Origin: Burkholderiales bacterium | Lineage (GTDB): Bacteria > Pseudomonadota > Gammaproteobacteria > Burkholderiales > Ga0077523 | Direction of reading: 5' to 3' | Assembly (NCBI GenBank): GCA_019745565.1 | Contig: JAIESW010000002.1 | Location: forward strand, 62,799-126,798 | DNA length: 64,000 nt | In this document: positions 39,878-49,365 of the stretch, one piece after another | How the letters are laid out: every line of letters begins with the position of its first letter | Numbering within the stretch: position 1 is the first letter of the stretch | Made by a program: the position numbers and the translations under genes | Notes under the pieces: generated by a model | What the model saw: only the letters and a program-made list of their open reading frames with translations | Database searches by the model: none | What the model was told of the DNA's origin: nothing

Positions 39878-40729
39878 TCAGGCAGCCTGCCGGTCGCCGG
39901 CTGGCGTGCGGATCAGTTCCTTGCGGTAGCGGTTGAGCTCCTGCACCGACTCGAAGTTGCGGTCGAACAGGATCGAAAGGTTCTTGAGAATCATGGTCAC
40001 CACTCTACCCTCCCATTCTCGGTCGAACCGGATCTGATCGTCCAGCCAGCGCTCGAGCCAGTCGGGGTCGGGCAGCTTCGACTGCACCGTGTCGTGCGGA
40101 AACAGGTCCTTGCTCACGTGCAGGTTGGTGGGATGCAGTGCCTTGCCGCTGCGCGACGAGCTCGCCATCAGCATGCCGATCTTCGCGAAGGCCGCGCGGG
40201 CCTCGTCGCCCAGTTGCGCGATGGCGCGCTTCATGTACTGGAGGTACGCGCCCGCGTGCCGCGCTTCGTCGCGGGAGATGAGTTCGTAGATCCTGCGGAT
40301 GACCGGCTCCGTGTGCCAGAGCGAAGCGCAACGATACCAGTGGTTCAAGCGGATCTCGCCGCAGAAATGCAGCATCAGGGTCTCGAGCGGCGGGGCGGGG
40401 TCGAAGCGGAAGCGCACCGCGTGCAGTTCGGCCTCGCTCGGGGCGAGGTCGGGGCGGAAGCGCCTGAGGTATTCGATCAGCACCAGGGAGTGCTTCTGCT
40501 CCTCGAAGAACCATACCGACATGAACGCGGAGAAGTCGCTGTCGTGGATGTTGTCGCGCAGGAACATCTCGGTCGCGGGCAGGGCCGACCATTCGGTGAT
40601 GGCGTTCATCTTGATCGTGCGCGCCTGCTCCTCGGAGAGCGCGCTGCCGTCGAAGTCCGCCCACGGAACGTCCTGCCCCATGTTCCAGCGGACGGCTTCG
40701 AGCGATTTGTAGAGTTCGGGATACAGCAT
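39878..40729 (-). CDS. Ferritin-like / di-iron-carboxylate family protein (acyl-ACP-desaturase-like fold), function unknown.
   Basis: Two E...ExxH-like segments (FFEEQKHSL and SRDEARHAGAY). The start MLYPELY at 40729 was chosen. Confidence 0.6.
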   Translation of the reverse strand: MLYPELYKSLEAVRWNMGQDVPWADFDGSALSEEQARTIKMNAITEWSALPATEMFLRDNIHDSDFSAFMSVWFFEEQKHSLVLIEYLRRFRPDLAPSEAELHAVRFRFDPAPPLETLMLHFCGEIRLNHWYRCASLWHTEPVIRRIYELISRDEARHAGAYLQYMKRAIAQLGDEARAAFAKIGMLMASSSRSGKALHPTNLHVSKDLFPHDTVQSKLPDPDWLERWLDDQIRFDREWEGRVVTMILKNLSILFDRNFESVQELNRYRKELIRTPAGDRQAA

Positions 40730-40775
40730 GCGGGGTATTCCTGTAGCGGCGCGCGGGTCCGGCGCGGGGCCGGGG

Positions 40776-42311
40776 TCAGACGGATTCCAAGTTGGTGAGC
40801 AAGCGGTCGGCGGTGGCGCGGATGGCGGACCGTTCGGCCGCATCGAAGCGTTCGATGTTCCTGGCCAGCAAGGTCGTGCGCGGATTGCGGGCGAATTCGT
40901 CCGTGTGGCGGTCGAGGAAGTTCCAGAATAGTGCCGTCATGGGGCACGCGTCGCTACCGGTGCGTTGCTCGGGCCGGTAACGGCAGCCCCTGCAGTAGTT
41001 GCTCATGCGCTTCACGTAGCCGCCCGAAGCCGCGTAGGGTTTGCTCGTGAAGCGTCCGCCGTCGGCAAACAGCGCCATGCCGGCGGTGTTGGGCAGCTCG
41101 GCCCATTCCACGGCGTCCACGTACGCGGCCAGGTACCAGTCGCAGACCTGCCGCGGTTCGATGCCGGCGAGCAGCGCGAAGTTGCCGGTGACCATCAGGC
41201 GCTGGATGTGATGCGCATACCCGTGATCCAGGGTCTGGCCGATCGCCTCGCGCATGCAGTTCATCGCGGTTGCGCCGGTCCAGTACCAGCTCGGCAGGTC
41301 GAGGGAATGGGCGAAGTGGTTGCTTTCCGCAAGGGCCGGCATGTGCAGCCAATACACCCCGCGGATGAACTCGCGCCAGCCGATGATCTGCCGGACGAAG
41401 CCTTCGACGCTTGCCAGCGGCAGGCGCTGGACGCGCCACGCATCCAGCGCTGCAGCGACCACTTCACGCGGATCGAGCAGCTTCAGGTTGAGGCTCGAGG
41501 ACAGCAGCGAGTGCCACAGGAACGGCTCGCCGGACCACATGGCGTCCTGGTGCCGGCCGAATGTCGGCAGCCGTTCGACCACGAACCGCGCGAGCGCGTC
41601 CAGCGCTTGCGCCCGCGTTACCGGCCAGGCGAAGGACGCGAGACGTCCCGGATGATCGGCGAAGTGCCGCTCGACCAGAGCCACGACCTCGCGCGTGAGC
41701 GCGTCGGGTTCGAAGCGCGGCGCGGGCGGAACCTGTGCCGGGCCCCGGCTGCCGAACGCCGCGCGGTTGTCCGCGTCGTAGTTCCAGCGGCCGCCCTCGG
41801 GGTTCGGTCCGCGCATCAGGACGCCCGTGCGCCGCCGCATGTGCCGGTAGAAGAACTCCATGCGCAGCACCCGTTGTCCGTCGGCCCACCGCCGGAACTC
41901 GTCGGTCGAGATCAGGAAGTGCGTATCCGCAAGCAGCTCGACGATCACGCCGCGCGAACGACATTGGTGGCGGATGGTCGCAAGCAGCCGCCATTCGCCC
42001 GGCTCGCACATCGACAGCGTCCCTGCGGCAAGTTCGTCGAGGCTGCGGGCGAGGCGCTCGCCGAAGTCTGCCGGGCCCGGCATGTCCAGGGGGACGTAGT
42101 GCACCCGGTAACCGGCGGCGCGCAGCGTTTCGGCGAAGTGCCGCATGGCCGACAGGAACAGGACGATGCGGGCCTTGTGGCTCCAGACGTGAGTGGCCTC
42201 GCCGGCCGCCTCGATCATCAAGACCCGATCCCGGCCGCGATCGAGACGAGCCAGCGCGGGATTGTCGAGGGTCAGCTGGTCGCCGAGGACCAGCGCGACC
42301 TTACCGGCCAT
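40776..42311 (-). CDS. Cryptochrome/photolyase-family protein of the FeS-BCP type ((6-4) photolyase PhrB/CryB-like).
   Basis: N-terminus MAGKVALVLGDQL, typical of COG3046 proteins. The C-terminal Cys pattern C-x2-C-x12-C (YCRGCRYRPEQRTGSDAC), plus an upstream Cys, matches the [4Fe-4S] ligand spacing of this class. Confidence 0.8.
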   Translation of the reverse strand: MAGKVALVLGDQLTLDNPALARLDRGRDRVLMIEAAGEATHVWSHKARIVLFLSAMRHFAETLRAAGYRVHYVPLDMPGPADFGERLARSLDELAAGTLSMCEPGEWRLLATIRHQCRSRGVIVELLADTHFLISTDEFRRWADGQRVLRMEFFYRHMRRRTGVLMRGPNPEGGRWNYDADNRAAFGSRGPAQVPPAPRFEPDALTREVVALVERHFADHPGRLASFAWPVTRAQALDALARFVVERLPTFGRHQDAMWSGEPFLWHSLLSSSLNLKLLDPREVVAAALDAWRVQRLPLASVEGFVRQIIGWREFIRGVYWLHMPALAESNHFAHSLDLPSWYWTGATAMNCMREAIGQTLDHGYAHHIQRLMVTGNFALLAGIEPRQVCDWYLAAYVDAVEWAELPNTAGMALFADGGRFTSKPYAASGGYVKRMSNYCRGCRYRPEQRTGSDACPMTALFWNFLDRHTDEFARNPRTTLLARNIERFDAAERSAIRATADRLLTNLESV

Positions 42312-42441
42312 GGCGTGCTTCCCCGCGGGAACGCTCGGCATCGGGCAGCGCCCGGCGTGAACGCAACGGCACCGGACGCCCGCAGTGCGGGGGAGACTTC
42401 TCGGCCAGCAGCTCGCCCATGGCGGTGACGGGTCGGGGCAG

Positions 42442-43398
42442 TCAGCGGGCCCGCCGCCAGTCCGCCACCAGACCGGCGAGCTGATCGAGCGAACGTACCT
42501 GGGTGACGCCGTCGATGCCCTTGCGGATCCGGCGCACGCAGGCGCCGCCGGCCCAGAGATCGATAGCGTCGGGCAGGCTCGCCCGCAACGTCTTGAGACC
42601 CAAGGCCGCCTGGCGCTCCGGAAACGCGGCGCTGAAGGAAAGGGCCACGATGTCGGCACGTTGCGCTTGCGCCGCGCGGACGATCTCGCTGGCGGGCGTC
42701 TCGGTGCCGAGCGGAATGGTGGTCGCGCCTTCACAGACAAGCAGCGCTTCCACCATCAGCAGCCCGAGGCTGTGCAGCTCGTTCGGGAATGACGTGAGCA
42801 GGACTCGAGGGGCCTTGCTGTTGACCTGAGCGGTGGCGATCGCATTGCGCAGGACGCCCTGGACCTGCTCGGTGTAGAGATGTTCCTCGAAAACCGCGAA
42901 CTCGCCGCGCATCCAGGCGTCGCCGACAGCTGTCGTGAGCGGTACCACGGTGTCGAGCACGAAGCGTTGCAGGCCCTGCCGGATCAGCCGCTGGTTGAAG
43001 AGCTGGCGCAGCTCCGGCAGGTGGTGGCTGCCGATCAGCTCCAGTGCGTCGTCGATGTCAGCCGCAGACTCCGAACGGTTCGACTGAGCGGTGCCGAGCG
43101 CTTCGAGCGCCGCGGGGTCGAGCCCAACGATCTTGCCGGGGCGGTGGCCGCGATCCATCAGGCGCCGGATGGATCTCAGCCGTGCAACCTGGTCCGGCGG
43201 GTAGATGCGCTCGCCATGCCGGTCCCGCAGCGGCTGCGGAAATCCATATCGCCGCTCCCACATCCGCAGGACGTCCTTCGACAAGCCGGTATCCCGTTCC
43301 ACTGCGCTGATGCTCAGCATCACTACCGGGTCGGCGCTTGCGTCCTTGGTCGATTCCCGGGCGGCGGGGTCCTGCGGCGTAGGTACGACTTTGTCCAT
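42442..43398 (-). CDS. MerR-family transcriptional regulator with a C-terminal cobalamin-binding domain (LitR/CarH-like light-responsive regulator).
   Basis: MerR HTH LSISAVERDTGLSKDVLRMWERRYGFP and the B12-binding signature ELHSLG (D/E-x-H-x-x-G) followed by ...DIVALSFS. The start MDKVV at 43398 was chosen. Confidence 0.8.
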   Translation of the reverse strand: MDKVVPTPQDPAARESTKDASADPVVMLSISAVERDTGLSKDVLRMWERRYGFPQPLRDRHGERIYPPDQVARLRSIRRLMDRGHRPGKIVGLDPAALEALGTAQSNRSESAADIDDALELIGSHHLPELRQLFNQRLIRQGLQRFVLDTVVPLTTAVGDAWMRGEFAVFEEHLYTEQVQGVLRNAIATAQVNSKAPRVLLTSFPNELHSLGLLMVEALLVCEGATTIPLGTETPASEIVRAAQAQRADIVALSFSAAFPERQAALGLKTLRASLPDAIDLWAGGACVRRIRKGIDGVTQVRSLDQLAGLVADWRRAR

Positions 43399-43425
43399 CG
43401 GAGTCGACAGCGTGGCAGATGTCGA

Positions 43426-43506
43426 ATGATATTGTCCAGGACAAAGATTTGACAAGCGCAGATATCGCTCGTAGATTTGGTGTCGAGTGATGATTTGACT
43501 AGGACA
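43426..43506. promoter_or_regulatory. Divergent promoter/operator region between the LitR-like gene and the FAD-oxidoreductase operon.
   Basis: Plus strand: -35 TTGACA (43449-54), 17 nt, -10 TAGATT (43472-77). Minus strand: -35 TTGTCA (43455-50), 18 nt, -10 TATCAT (43431-26). The perfect palindrome TTGTCC-A-GGACAA (43432-44) lies inside the minus-strand spacer. A related site, TTGACT-A-GGACAA, is at 43494-43506. Confidence 0.5.
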
Positions 43507-43736
43507 AACGGAACGTCCGCCATGCGCCACATAACGCTTCCCGTGGGGCTCCAGCGGCCAACCCATTGCCATCGTCGGCTCGTCCTGAAGGCCCGGGCGG
43601 GCCGGCAAACCGTCTTCAGGTCGCAGGCATGCATCCCCTCACCCGCGTGCCACCCCCGCGCGGATCGCCTGCGACCTGAACCCTTTTGCCCGGATGCGCG
43701 AACGATGCCGCGCCGTCGACGCGACGCGAGGGTGCG

Positions 43737-45014
43737 ATGACCCGGATCGCCGTAGTGGGGTCCGGCATCGCCGGCCTCACTGCCGCGTGGCTGCTGTCGC
43801 AACGCCACGCCGTGACGTTGTTCGAGGCGGCCGGCACGCTGGGCGGACACACCCACACCGTCGACGTGGAACTCGGCGGCATGCGCTTTCCGGTCGACAC
43901 GGGTTTCCTCGTCTTCAACGACCGGACCTATCCGAACCTGTGCTCGTTGTTCGACCACCTGGGGGTCGCCACGGCAGCGAGCGAGATGTCGTTCAGCGTG
44001 CGGGTCGACGAGGACCGCCTCGAGTGGGCCGGCAGCAGTCTCGCCACGGTGTTCGCGCAGAAGCGCAACCTGGTGAAGCCCGAGTTCTGGCGCATGCTGC
44101 AGGAGATCCTGCGTTTCAATCGCGAGTCCACGGCGGCTGTCGAGTGCGGCATGGACGAAGGTGAGACTTTGGGCCGGTTCCTCGATCGAGGGGGGTACGG
44201 CCGTGCCTTCCGCGAGTGGTATCTGCTGCCCATGAGTGCCGCCATCTGGTCGTGCCCCACCGGCAGCATGCTGGGCTTTCCCGCGGCGACCTTCCTCCGG
44301 TTCTGCCACAACCACGGCCTGCTGCAGGTCAACGGTCGGCCGAAGTGGCGCACGGTAGTCGGTGGCGGGCGCGAGTACGTGCGCCGCCTCGCCGCGCGCA
44401 TCGACGACGTGCGCGTCGGTACGCCGGTGCTGGGCGTGCGCAGGAGCGCCGACGCCGTGGAACTGCGCCTCGCAAATACATCGGAACGCTTCGACGCTGT
44501 CGTACTCGCGACGCACAGCGATCAATCGGCGGTCATGCTCGAGGATGCCGATGCCGCGGAGCGCAACGTGCTCGACCCGGTGCGCTATCAGCCGAACCGG
44601 GCCTGGCTGCACACCGACGAGACGCTCCTCCCGCGTGCCCGCGATGCCTGGTCCGCCTGGAACTATCTCACCGGCCCGGCGCGCGTCGACGGTCGACCGG
44701 TGTCGGTGAGCTACCTCATCAACAAGCTGCAGCCGCTGCCCGTCGAGACGCCGGTGATCGTCACGTTGAACCCGGTGCACGAGCCTCGTGCCGACCGGGT
44801 TATCCGTCGCATCGACTACGCCCACCCGGTGTTCGATCCGGCGGCCATCGAAGCCCAGCGCCACTTGTCCTCGATCCAGGGACGCAGGCGCACCTGGTTC
44901 TGCGGGGCATGGACCGGCTATGGGTTCCACGAAGACGGACTCAGATCCGGCCTCGCGGTGGCCAACGCAATGGGCGTGACGGCGCCGTGGCAGAAGCGGG
45001 CTCTGGTCGCGTGA
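43737..45014 (+). CDS. NAD(P)/FAD-dependent oxidoreductase (amine-oxidase-like), first gene of the CFA-synthase-like cluster.
   Basis: Dinucleotide fold MTRIAVVGSGIAGLTAAWLL. Confidence 0.85.
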   Translation: MTRIAVVGSGIAGLTAAWLLSQRHAVTLFEAAGTLGGHTHTVDVELGGMRFPVDTGFLVFNDRTYPNLCSLFDHLGVATAASEMSFSVRVDEDRLEWAGSSLATVFAQKRNLVKPEFWRMLQEILRFNRESTAAVECGMDEGETLGRFLDRGGYGRAFREWYLLPMSAAIWSCPTGSMLGFPAATFLRFCHNHGLLQVNGRPKWRTVVGGGREYVRRLAARIDDVRVGTPVLGVRRSADAVELRLANTSERFDAVVLATHSDQSAVMLEDADAAERNVLDPVRYQPNRAWLHTDETLLPRARDAWSAWNYLTGPARVDGRPVSVSYLINKLQPLPVETPVIVTLNPVHEPRADRVIRRIDYAHPVFDPAAIEAQRHLSSIQGRRRTWFCGAWTGYGFHEDGLRSGLAVANAMGVTAPWQKRALVA

Positions 45015-45769
45015 AGCCGCAACTCTTCTTCGGCCACGTCATGCACGCGCGGCTCCGCCCGAAACGGAACGTGTTCTCCTACCGGGTGTTCTTCCTGCGC
45101 TTTTCCGTGACGCGCCTCGACGAGCTCGAGCGACCATTGTTTTCGGTGGATCGGTTCAACCTTTTTTCATTTCACCGGCGCGACCACGGTCCGCGCGACG
45201 GCAGTGATCTCGAGCGCTGGATCCGGCTCCTGCTCGAGCGCGAGGGCTTGCGCCGCGCGGATGGCGAAATCCGGTTGCAGGCTTTTCCGCGGGTGCTGGG
45301 GTACGTCTTCAATCCCGTGAGTTTCTGGCTCTGCCACGACCGTGCGGGGCGGCTGCGCGCGGTGCTCTGCGAAGTCAACAACACCTTCGGCGAACACCAC
45401 AACTACCTGCTCGCGCACCCGGACGAGCGCCCCATCGAGCCGGGCGACGTGCTGGCTGCCTGCAAGGTGTTCCACGTTTCGCCGTTCTGCGAGGTGACCG
45501 GGGCCTACCGTTTCCGGTTCGCCCTCGACCCGGCCGCGACCCGCGTACGTATCGACTACGACGATCCAGCCGGTAAACTGCTGGTCACTTCGGTCTCGGG
45601 AAGGGCGCGGCCGCTGACTTCGGCGCGTCTTGCGGCGGCGTTCGTGCTCTATCCCTGGATGACAGCGGCGGTGATCGCCCGCATCCACTGGCAGGCATTG
45701 CGGCTGTGGTTGAAGGGAGTGCGGTTCGTCTCCAAGCCCACGCCGCCCGTTCAGGAGACGACGCGATGA
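45011..45769 (+). CDS. DUF1365-family protein.
   Basis: The family-typical start GHVMHARLRPKRNVFSYRVFF and conserved position between the oxidoreductase and the CFA-synthase-like gene. A GTGA overlap joins it upstream. Confidence 0.7.
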   Translation: MKPQLFFGHVMHARLRPKRNVFSYRVFFLRFSVTRLDELERPLFSVDRFNLFSFHRRDHGPRDGSDLERWIRLLLEREGLRRADGEIRLQAFPRVLGYVFNPVSFWLCHDRAGRLRAVLCEVNNTFGEHHNYLLAHPDERPIEPGDVLAACKVFHVSPFCEVTGAYRFRFALDPAATRVRIDYDDPAGKLLVTSVSGRARPLTSARLAAAFVLYPWMTAAVIARIHWQALRLWLKGVRFVSKPTPPVQETTR

Positions 45770-46989
45770 AACTGAACGACATGCCCGTCCCCCCGATTGC
45801 CGACACCATGCCCCCGCCCCGCGCAGGGCGCCTGATCCTTGCGATCCTCGCGCGGATCAAACTGGGTCAGCTCGATCTCATCACGCCGGACGGGCGGCTG
45901 CATGCCTTCGTGGGGACGAGCCCCGGCCCGCAGGCGATGTTGCGCATCCACGACTGGCGCGTGTTCGAGAGCGTGCTGCGTTCAGGCGACATCGGGTTTG
46001 CGGAAAGCTACATCGAGGGCCGCTGGGACACGCCGGACCTCGCGCGTCTGCTGGCGGTGGTCGCCATCAATCACGCTGCGCTCGAGACGGCCGTCTACGG
46101 TCGCTGGTGGGGGGCGATCTACTATCGCCTGCGTCACCTGCTGCGCGCCAATTCGCGCGGTCAGGCGAAGCGCAATATCCAGGCGCACTACGATCTGGGC
46201 AACGCCTTCTATGCGTTGTGGCTCGACGCCACCATGACGTACTCGGCGGCTCAGTTCGAGGGGCGCATGGACCGCACGCTCGAGGAGGCGCAGACCACCA
46301 AGTACGAGCGCATCCTCGAGAACCTCGGCGTGAAGCCGGGCGACTCGGTGCTCGAGATCGGTTGCGGCTGGGGCGGATTCGCGGAGCACGCGGTCCGCAC
46401 GCGCAACTGCCGGGCCCACGGCGTGACGCTGTCGAAGGAACAGCTCGCCTACGCGCGCGATCGCCTCGAGCGCGCGGGCCTGGCGGACCGGGCCACCTTC
46501 GAACTGCGCGACTATCGCTCCGTGCGCGGGGAGTTCGACCACGTCGTGTCGATCGAGATGTTCGAGGCGGTGGGCGAGAAGTACTGGCCGGCCTTCTTCC
46601 GCACGGTGCGCGACCGGTTGAAGCGGGGAGGACGCGCGCTGATCCAGACCATCAGCATCGCCGACGAACTGTTCCCGCGCTATCGCGCCGGCACCGACTT
46701 CATCCAGCAGTACATCTTCCCGGGCGGCATGCTGCCCTCGGAAGAGGTGTTCCGCGATCGCGCTTCGCAGCAGGGGCTGCTGGTGGGCGAGACGTTCAGG
46801 TTCCGCCTGGACTACGCCGAGACCGTGCGGCGCTGGCGCCAGCGGTTCAACGCGCGCCTCGCGGAACTGCATGCGTTGGGGTTCGACGAGAGGTTCGTGC
46901 GTACCTGGAATTTCTATCTCGCATACTGCGAGGCCGGATTCCGTGCCGGGACCATCGACGTGCTGCAAGTGGAGTTGAAGCGTGTCTAG
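45766..46989 (+). CDS. Cyclopropane-fatty-acyl-phospholipid-synthase-like SAM-dependent methyltransferase.
   Basis: SAM motif VLEIGCGWGGFA, HYDLGNAFY and IEMFEAVGEKYW. An ATGA overlap joins it upstream. Confidence 0.85.
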   Translation: MKLNDMPVPPIADTMPPPRAGRLILAILARIKLGQLDLITPDGRLHAFVGTSPGPQAMLRIHDWRVFESVLRSGDIGFAESYIEGRWDTPDLARLLAVVAINHAALETAVYGRWWGAIYYRLRHLLRANSRGQAKRNIQAHYDLGNAFYALWLDATMTYSAAQFEGRMDRTLEEAQTTKYERILENLGVKPGDSVLEIGCGWGGFAEHAVRTRNCRAHGVTLSKEQLAYARDRLERAGLADRATFELRDYRSVRGEFDHVVSIEMFEAVGEKYWPAFFRTVRDRLKRGGRALIQTISIADELFPRYRAGTDFIQQYIFPGGMLPSEEVFRDRASQQGLLVGETFRFRLDYAETVRRWRQRFNARLAELHALGFDERFVRTWNFYLAYCEAGFRAGTIDVLQVELKRV

Positions 46990-47512
46990 GTCGATCGCGG
47001 CGCTCGTTCTCGTGTGCCTGATCCAGGCGGGCGCTCACGCCAACACCACGGCGCTGCCGGCGGCGGTGCAGGCGGAACAGGGCGAACTGCGCGTGCTCGG
47101 GCACGGCAAGATGCGGTGGTTCGGGCTGCTGCTGTACGACGCAGCGCTCTGGGCTCCGGGCGGCGAATGGCAATGGGATCGACCTTTCGCACTGGATATC
47201 CGCTACGCGCGGAACTTCGCCGGCGAGAAGCTTGCCGCCGCGAGCGTCGACGAGATGATGCGGCTGGGCTATCGCGACGGGCGCAAGTTGTCCGCGTGGC
47301 GCGAGCGCATGCTGGGCGCCTTTCCCGACGTGAAGAGCGGGGAGCGCATCGTCGGGGTATACCGGCCGGGGATCGGCGCCGAGTTCTTTCACGAAGGGCG
47401 ATCCACCGCGGTGATCGCCGACCCCGAGTTCGCGCGCGCGTTCTTCTCGATCTGGCTCGATCCGGGCACGCGAGAGCCGAAGTTGCGTGCGGCGCTGTTG
47501 GGACGGCAGTGA
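46982..47512 (+). CDS. Chalcone-isomerase-like exported protein.
   Basis: Signal peptide MSRSIAALVLVCLIQAGAHA. The WFGLLLYDAALW segment resembles the chalcone-isomerase-like family usually found in this cluster. Confidence 0.55.
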   Translation: MSRSIAALVLVCLIQAGAHANTTALPAAVQAEQGELRVLGHGKMRWFGLLLYDAALWAPGGEWQWDRPFALDIRYARNFAGEKLAAASVDEMMRLGYRDGRKLSAWRERMLGAFPDVKSGERIVGVYRPGIGAEFFHEGRSTAVIADPEFARAFFSIWLDPGTREPKLRAALLGRQ

Positions 47513-48843
47513 ACGGCAGCCCGCTGCCGCGGGCGAGCCTCGTGGCCTACGCAGCGCTCGCGATGCCGCTCGCGATGGCGGCGTTGCCGGTTTACGTCCA
47601 TGTGCCCAAGCTCTACGGCGACGATCTCGGACTGTCGCTCGGCGTCGTCGGTGCAATCCTGCTGGTGGCGCGGCTGCTGGATGCGTTGCAGGATCCGCTG
47701 CTCGGCTGGTGGAGCGATCGGGTTGCAGCAAAGTCGCACGATCGCAGACCGTTCCTGATCGCTGCGGTGCCGTTGTTGGCGCTCGGCCTCATCGGATTGT
47801 TCCATCCGCCCGGACTGCACGGCGTCCCTCTCGCTACCTGGCTCGCGGGTTGTCTCGCGGTGGTTTACGTCGGCTTCAGCATGGGTGCGATCAGCTACTT
47901 CGCCATCGGCGCGGAACTGTCGACCGACTACCACGAGCGCACGCGCGTGACGGCAGTGCGTGGTGCGTTCGGCGTGGCCGGTGTGCTCATCGCCGCCGCG
48001 TTGCCGGGTTGGCTCGCGGGAGAAGGCGGTCCACTGAGTGAGGGATTGCGTCGGTTCAGTCTCGCCTATGTTCCGATCCTGCTGGTCGCGGCTGCGGTGA
48101 CCTTGTTCGGTTCGCCGGTGCCGCGTGCGACGCAAGTCTCGACCTCGCCCGTGGATCGCGCCACGTGGCGATCACTTGCCGCACCGCTCTCGAACAGCAG
48201 CTTCCGCTGGCTGCTGGGCGTGTTCGTCGCGAGCGGCGTGGCCTCCGCCATCCCCGCGACGCTGATCCTGTTCTACGTGCAGGACGTGCTCGAGCGGCCG
48301 GAACTGAGCGGTGCGTTTCTGGCGCTCTACTTTCTGTTCGGGGCGGCGGGCATGCCGTTCTGGGTGGCGGCATCCCGCCGCGTGGGCAAGAAGCGCGCGT
48401 GGCTGCTCGGCATGCTGATGAGCGTCGCGGCATTCGCGTGGGCATTCATGCTGGGCCATGGGGACGCATTCGGGTTCGGCATGGTGTGCGCGTTGTCGGG
48501 CATCGCTTATGGGGCGGAGCTCGCGCTGCCGCCGTCGATTCTCGCCGATGTCGTCGATCGCGAGCGCGGCGCGGGCGCGGGACGGCCCGACGGCGCGTAC
48601 TTCGGTCTGTGGCAGCTGACCGAGAAGCTGAATCTGGCGCTCGCTGCGGGCCTCGCGCTGCCGTTGCTCGCGGCGATCGGCTATCGACCCGGGACCGTGC
48701 AGGCGGCGATGGGTTCGCTGTCTACCATGTATGCCATCGTGCCGTGTGCGTTGAAGCTGCTGGCGGTGGCGATCTTGTGGTTCGCACCGATCGACCGGAT
48801 GGTCCGGACGAACCCCGCATTGCAAGGAGGCTCGCAGTCATGA
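47509..48843 (+). CDS. MFS-type transporter (glycoside-pentoside-hexuronide-like).
   Basis: About 12 hydrophobic segments. A GTGA overlap joins it upstream. Confidence 0.7.
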   Translation: MNGSPLPRASLVAYAALAMPLAMAALPVYVHVPKLYGDDLGLSLGVVGAILLVARLLDALQDPLLGWWSDRVAAKSHDRRPFLIAAVPLLALGLIGLFHPPGLHGVPLATWLAGCLAVVYVGFSMGAISYFAIGAELSTDYHERTRVTAVRGAFGVAGVLIAAALPGWLAGEGGPLSEGLRRFSLAYVPILLVAAAVTLFGSPVPRATQVSTSPVDRATWRSLAAPLSNSSFRWLLGVFVASGVASAIPATLILFYVQDVLERPELSGAFLALYFLFGAAGMPFWVAASRRVGKKRAWLLGMLMSVAAFAWAFMLGHGDAFGFGMVCALSGIAYGAELALPPSILADVVDRERGAGAGRPDGAYFGLWQLTEKLNLALAAGLALPLLAAIGYRPGTVQAAMGSLSTMYAIVPCALKLLAVAILWFAPIDRMVRTNPALQGGSQS

Positions 48844-49361
48844 TCCGAAGGTTCATCGTTTTCGCCGCCGCTTTGGTGGCCGGTTGCTCGTCCGTGAAGG
48901 TGGAGGACTTCCGCGCCGAGCAGCCGGTGCTCGATCTCAAACAGTACTTCGACGGTCCGGTCGATGCCTGGGGCATCGTGCGCAATCGGGACGGCACCAT
49001 CTCGCAGCGCTTCAAGGTGGCGATCCAGGGTACGTGGAACGGCGACACCGGTACGCTCGACGAGCTGTTCACCTATTCCGACGGGCGGACGCAGCGGCGC
49101 GTGTGGACGCTGCGGAAGAACGGCGACAGATACGTCGGCACCGCGGCGGACGTCGTGGGGGAGGCGCAGGGCGAAGCCGCGGGCAATGCATTCCGCTTCA
49201 CCTACGTCCTCGATTTCCCCTATGGCAGTTCGACCGTGCACCTGAACGTGGACGACTGGATGTATCGCATGGATGATGCCGTGGTCCTCAACCGATCGAG
49301 CATCACCAAGTTCGGCGTGGAGGTGGCTCAGGTGATGATCAGCTTCCGCAAGCGGGGTTGA
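48840..49361 (+). CDS. DUF3833-family lipoprotein.
   Basis: Lipobox LVAGCSS, then YFDGPVDAWGIV...RRVWTL. An ATGA overlap joins it upstream. Confidence 0.65.
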   Translation: MIRRFIVFAAALVAGCSSVKVEDFRAEQPVLDLKQYFDGPVDAWGIVRNRDGTISQRFKVAIQGTWNGDTGTLDELFTYSDGRTQRRVWTLRKNGDRYVGTAADVVGEAQGEAAGNAFRFTYVLDFPYGSSTVHLNVDDWMYRMDDAVVLNRSSITKFGVEVAQVMISFRKRG

Positions 49362-49365
49362 GCGC

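Noticed and set aside
43399-43736. Possible cobalamin riboswitch near the B12-dependent regulator or the ABC transporter.
   Set aside because: I found no B12-box-like core or conserved riboswitch stems by eye. The region is better explained by divergent promoters and operators.
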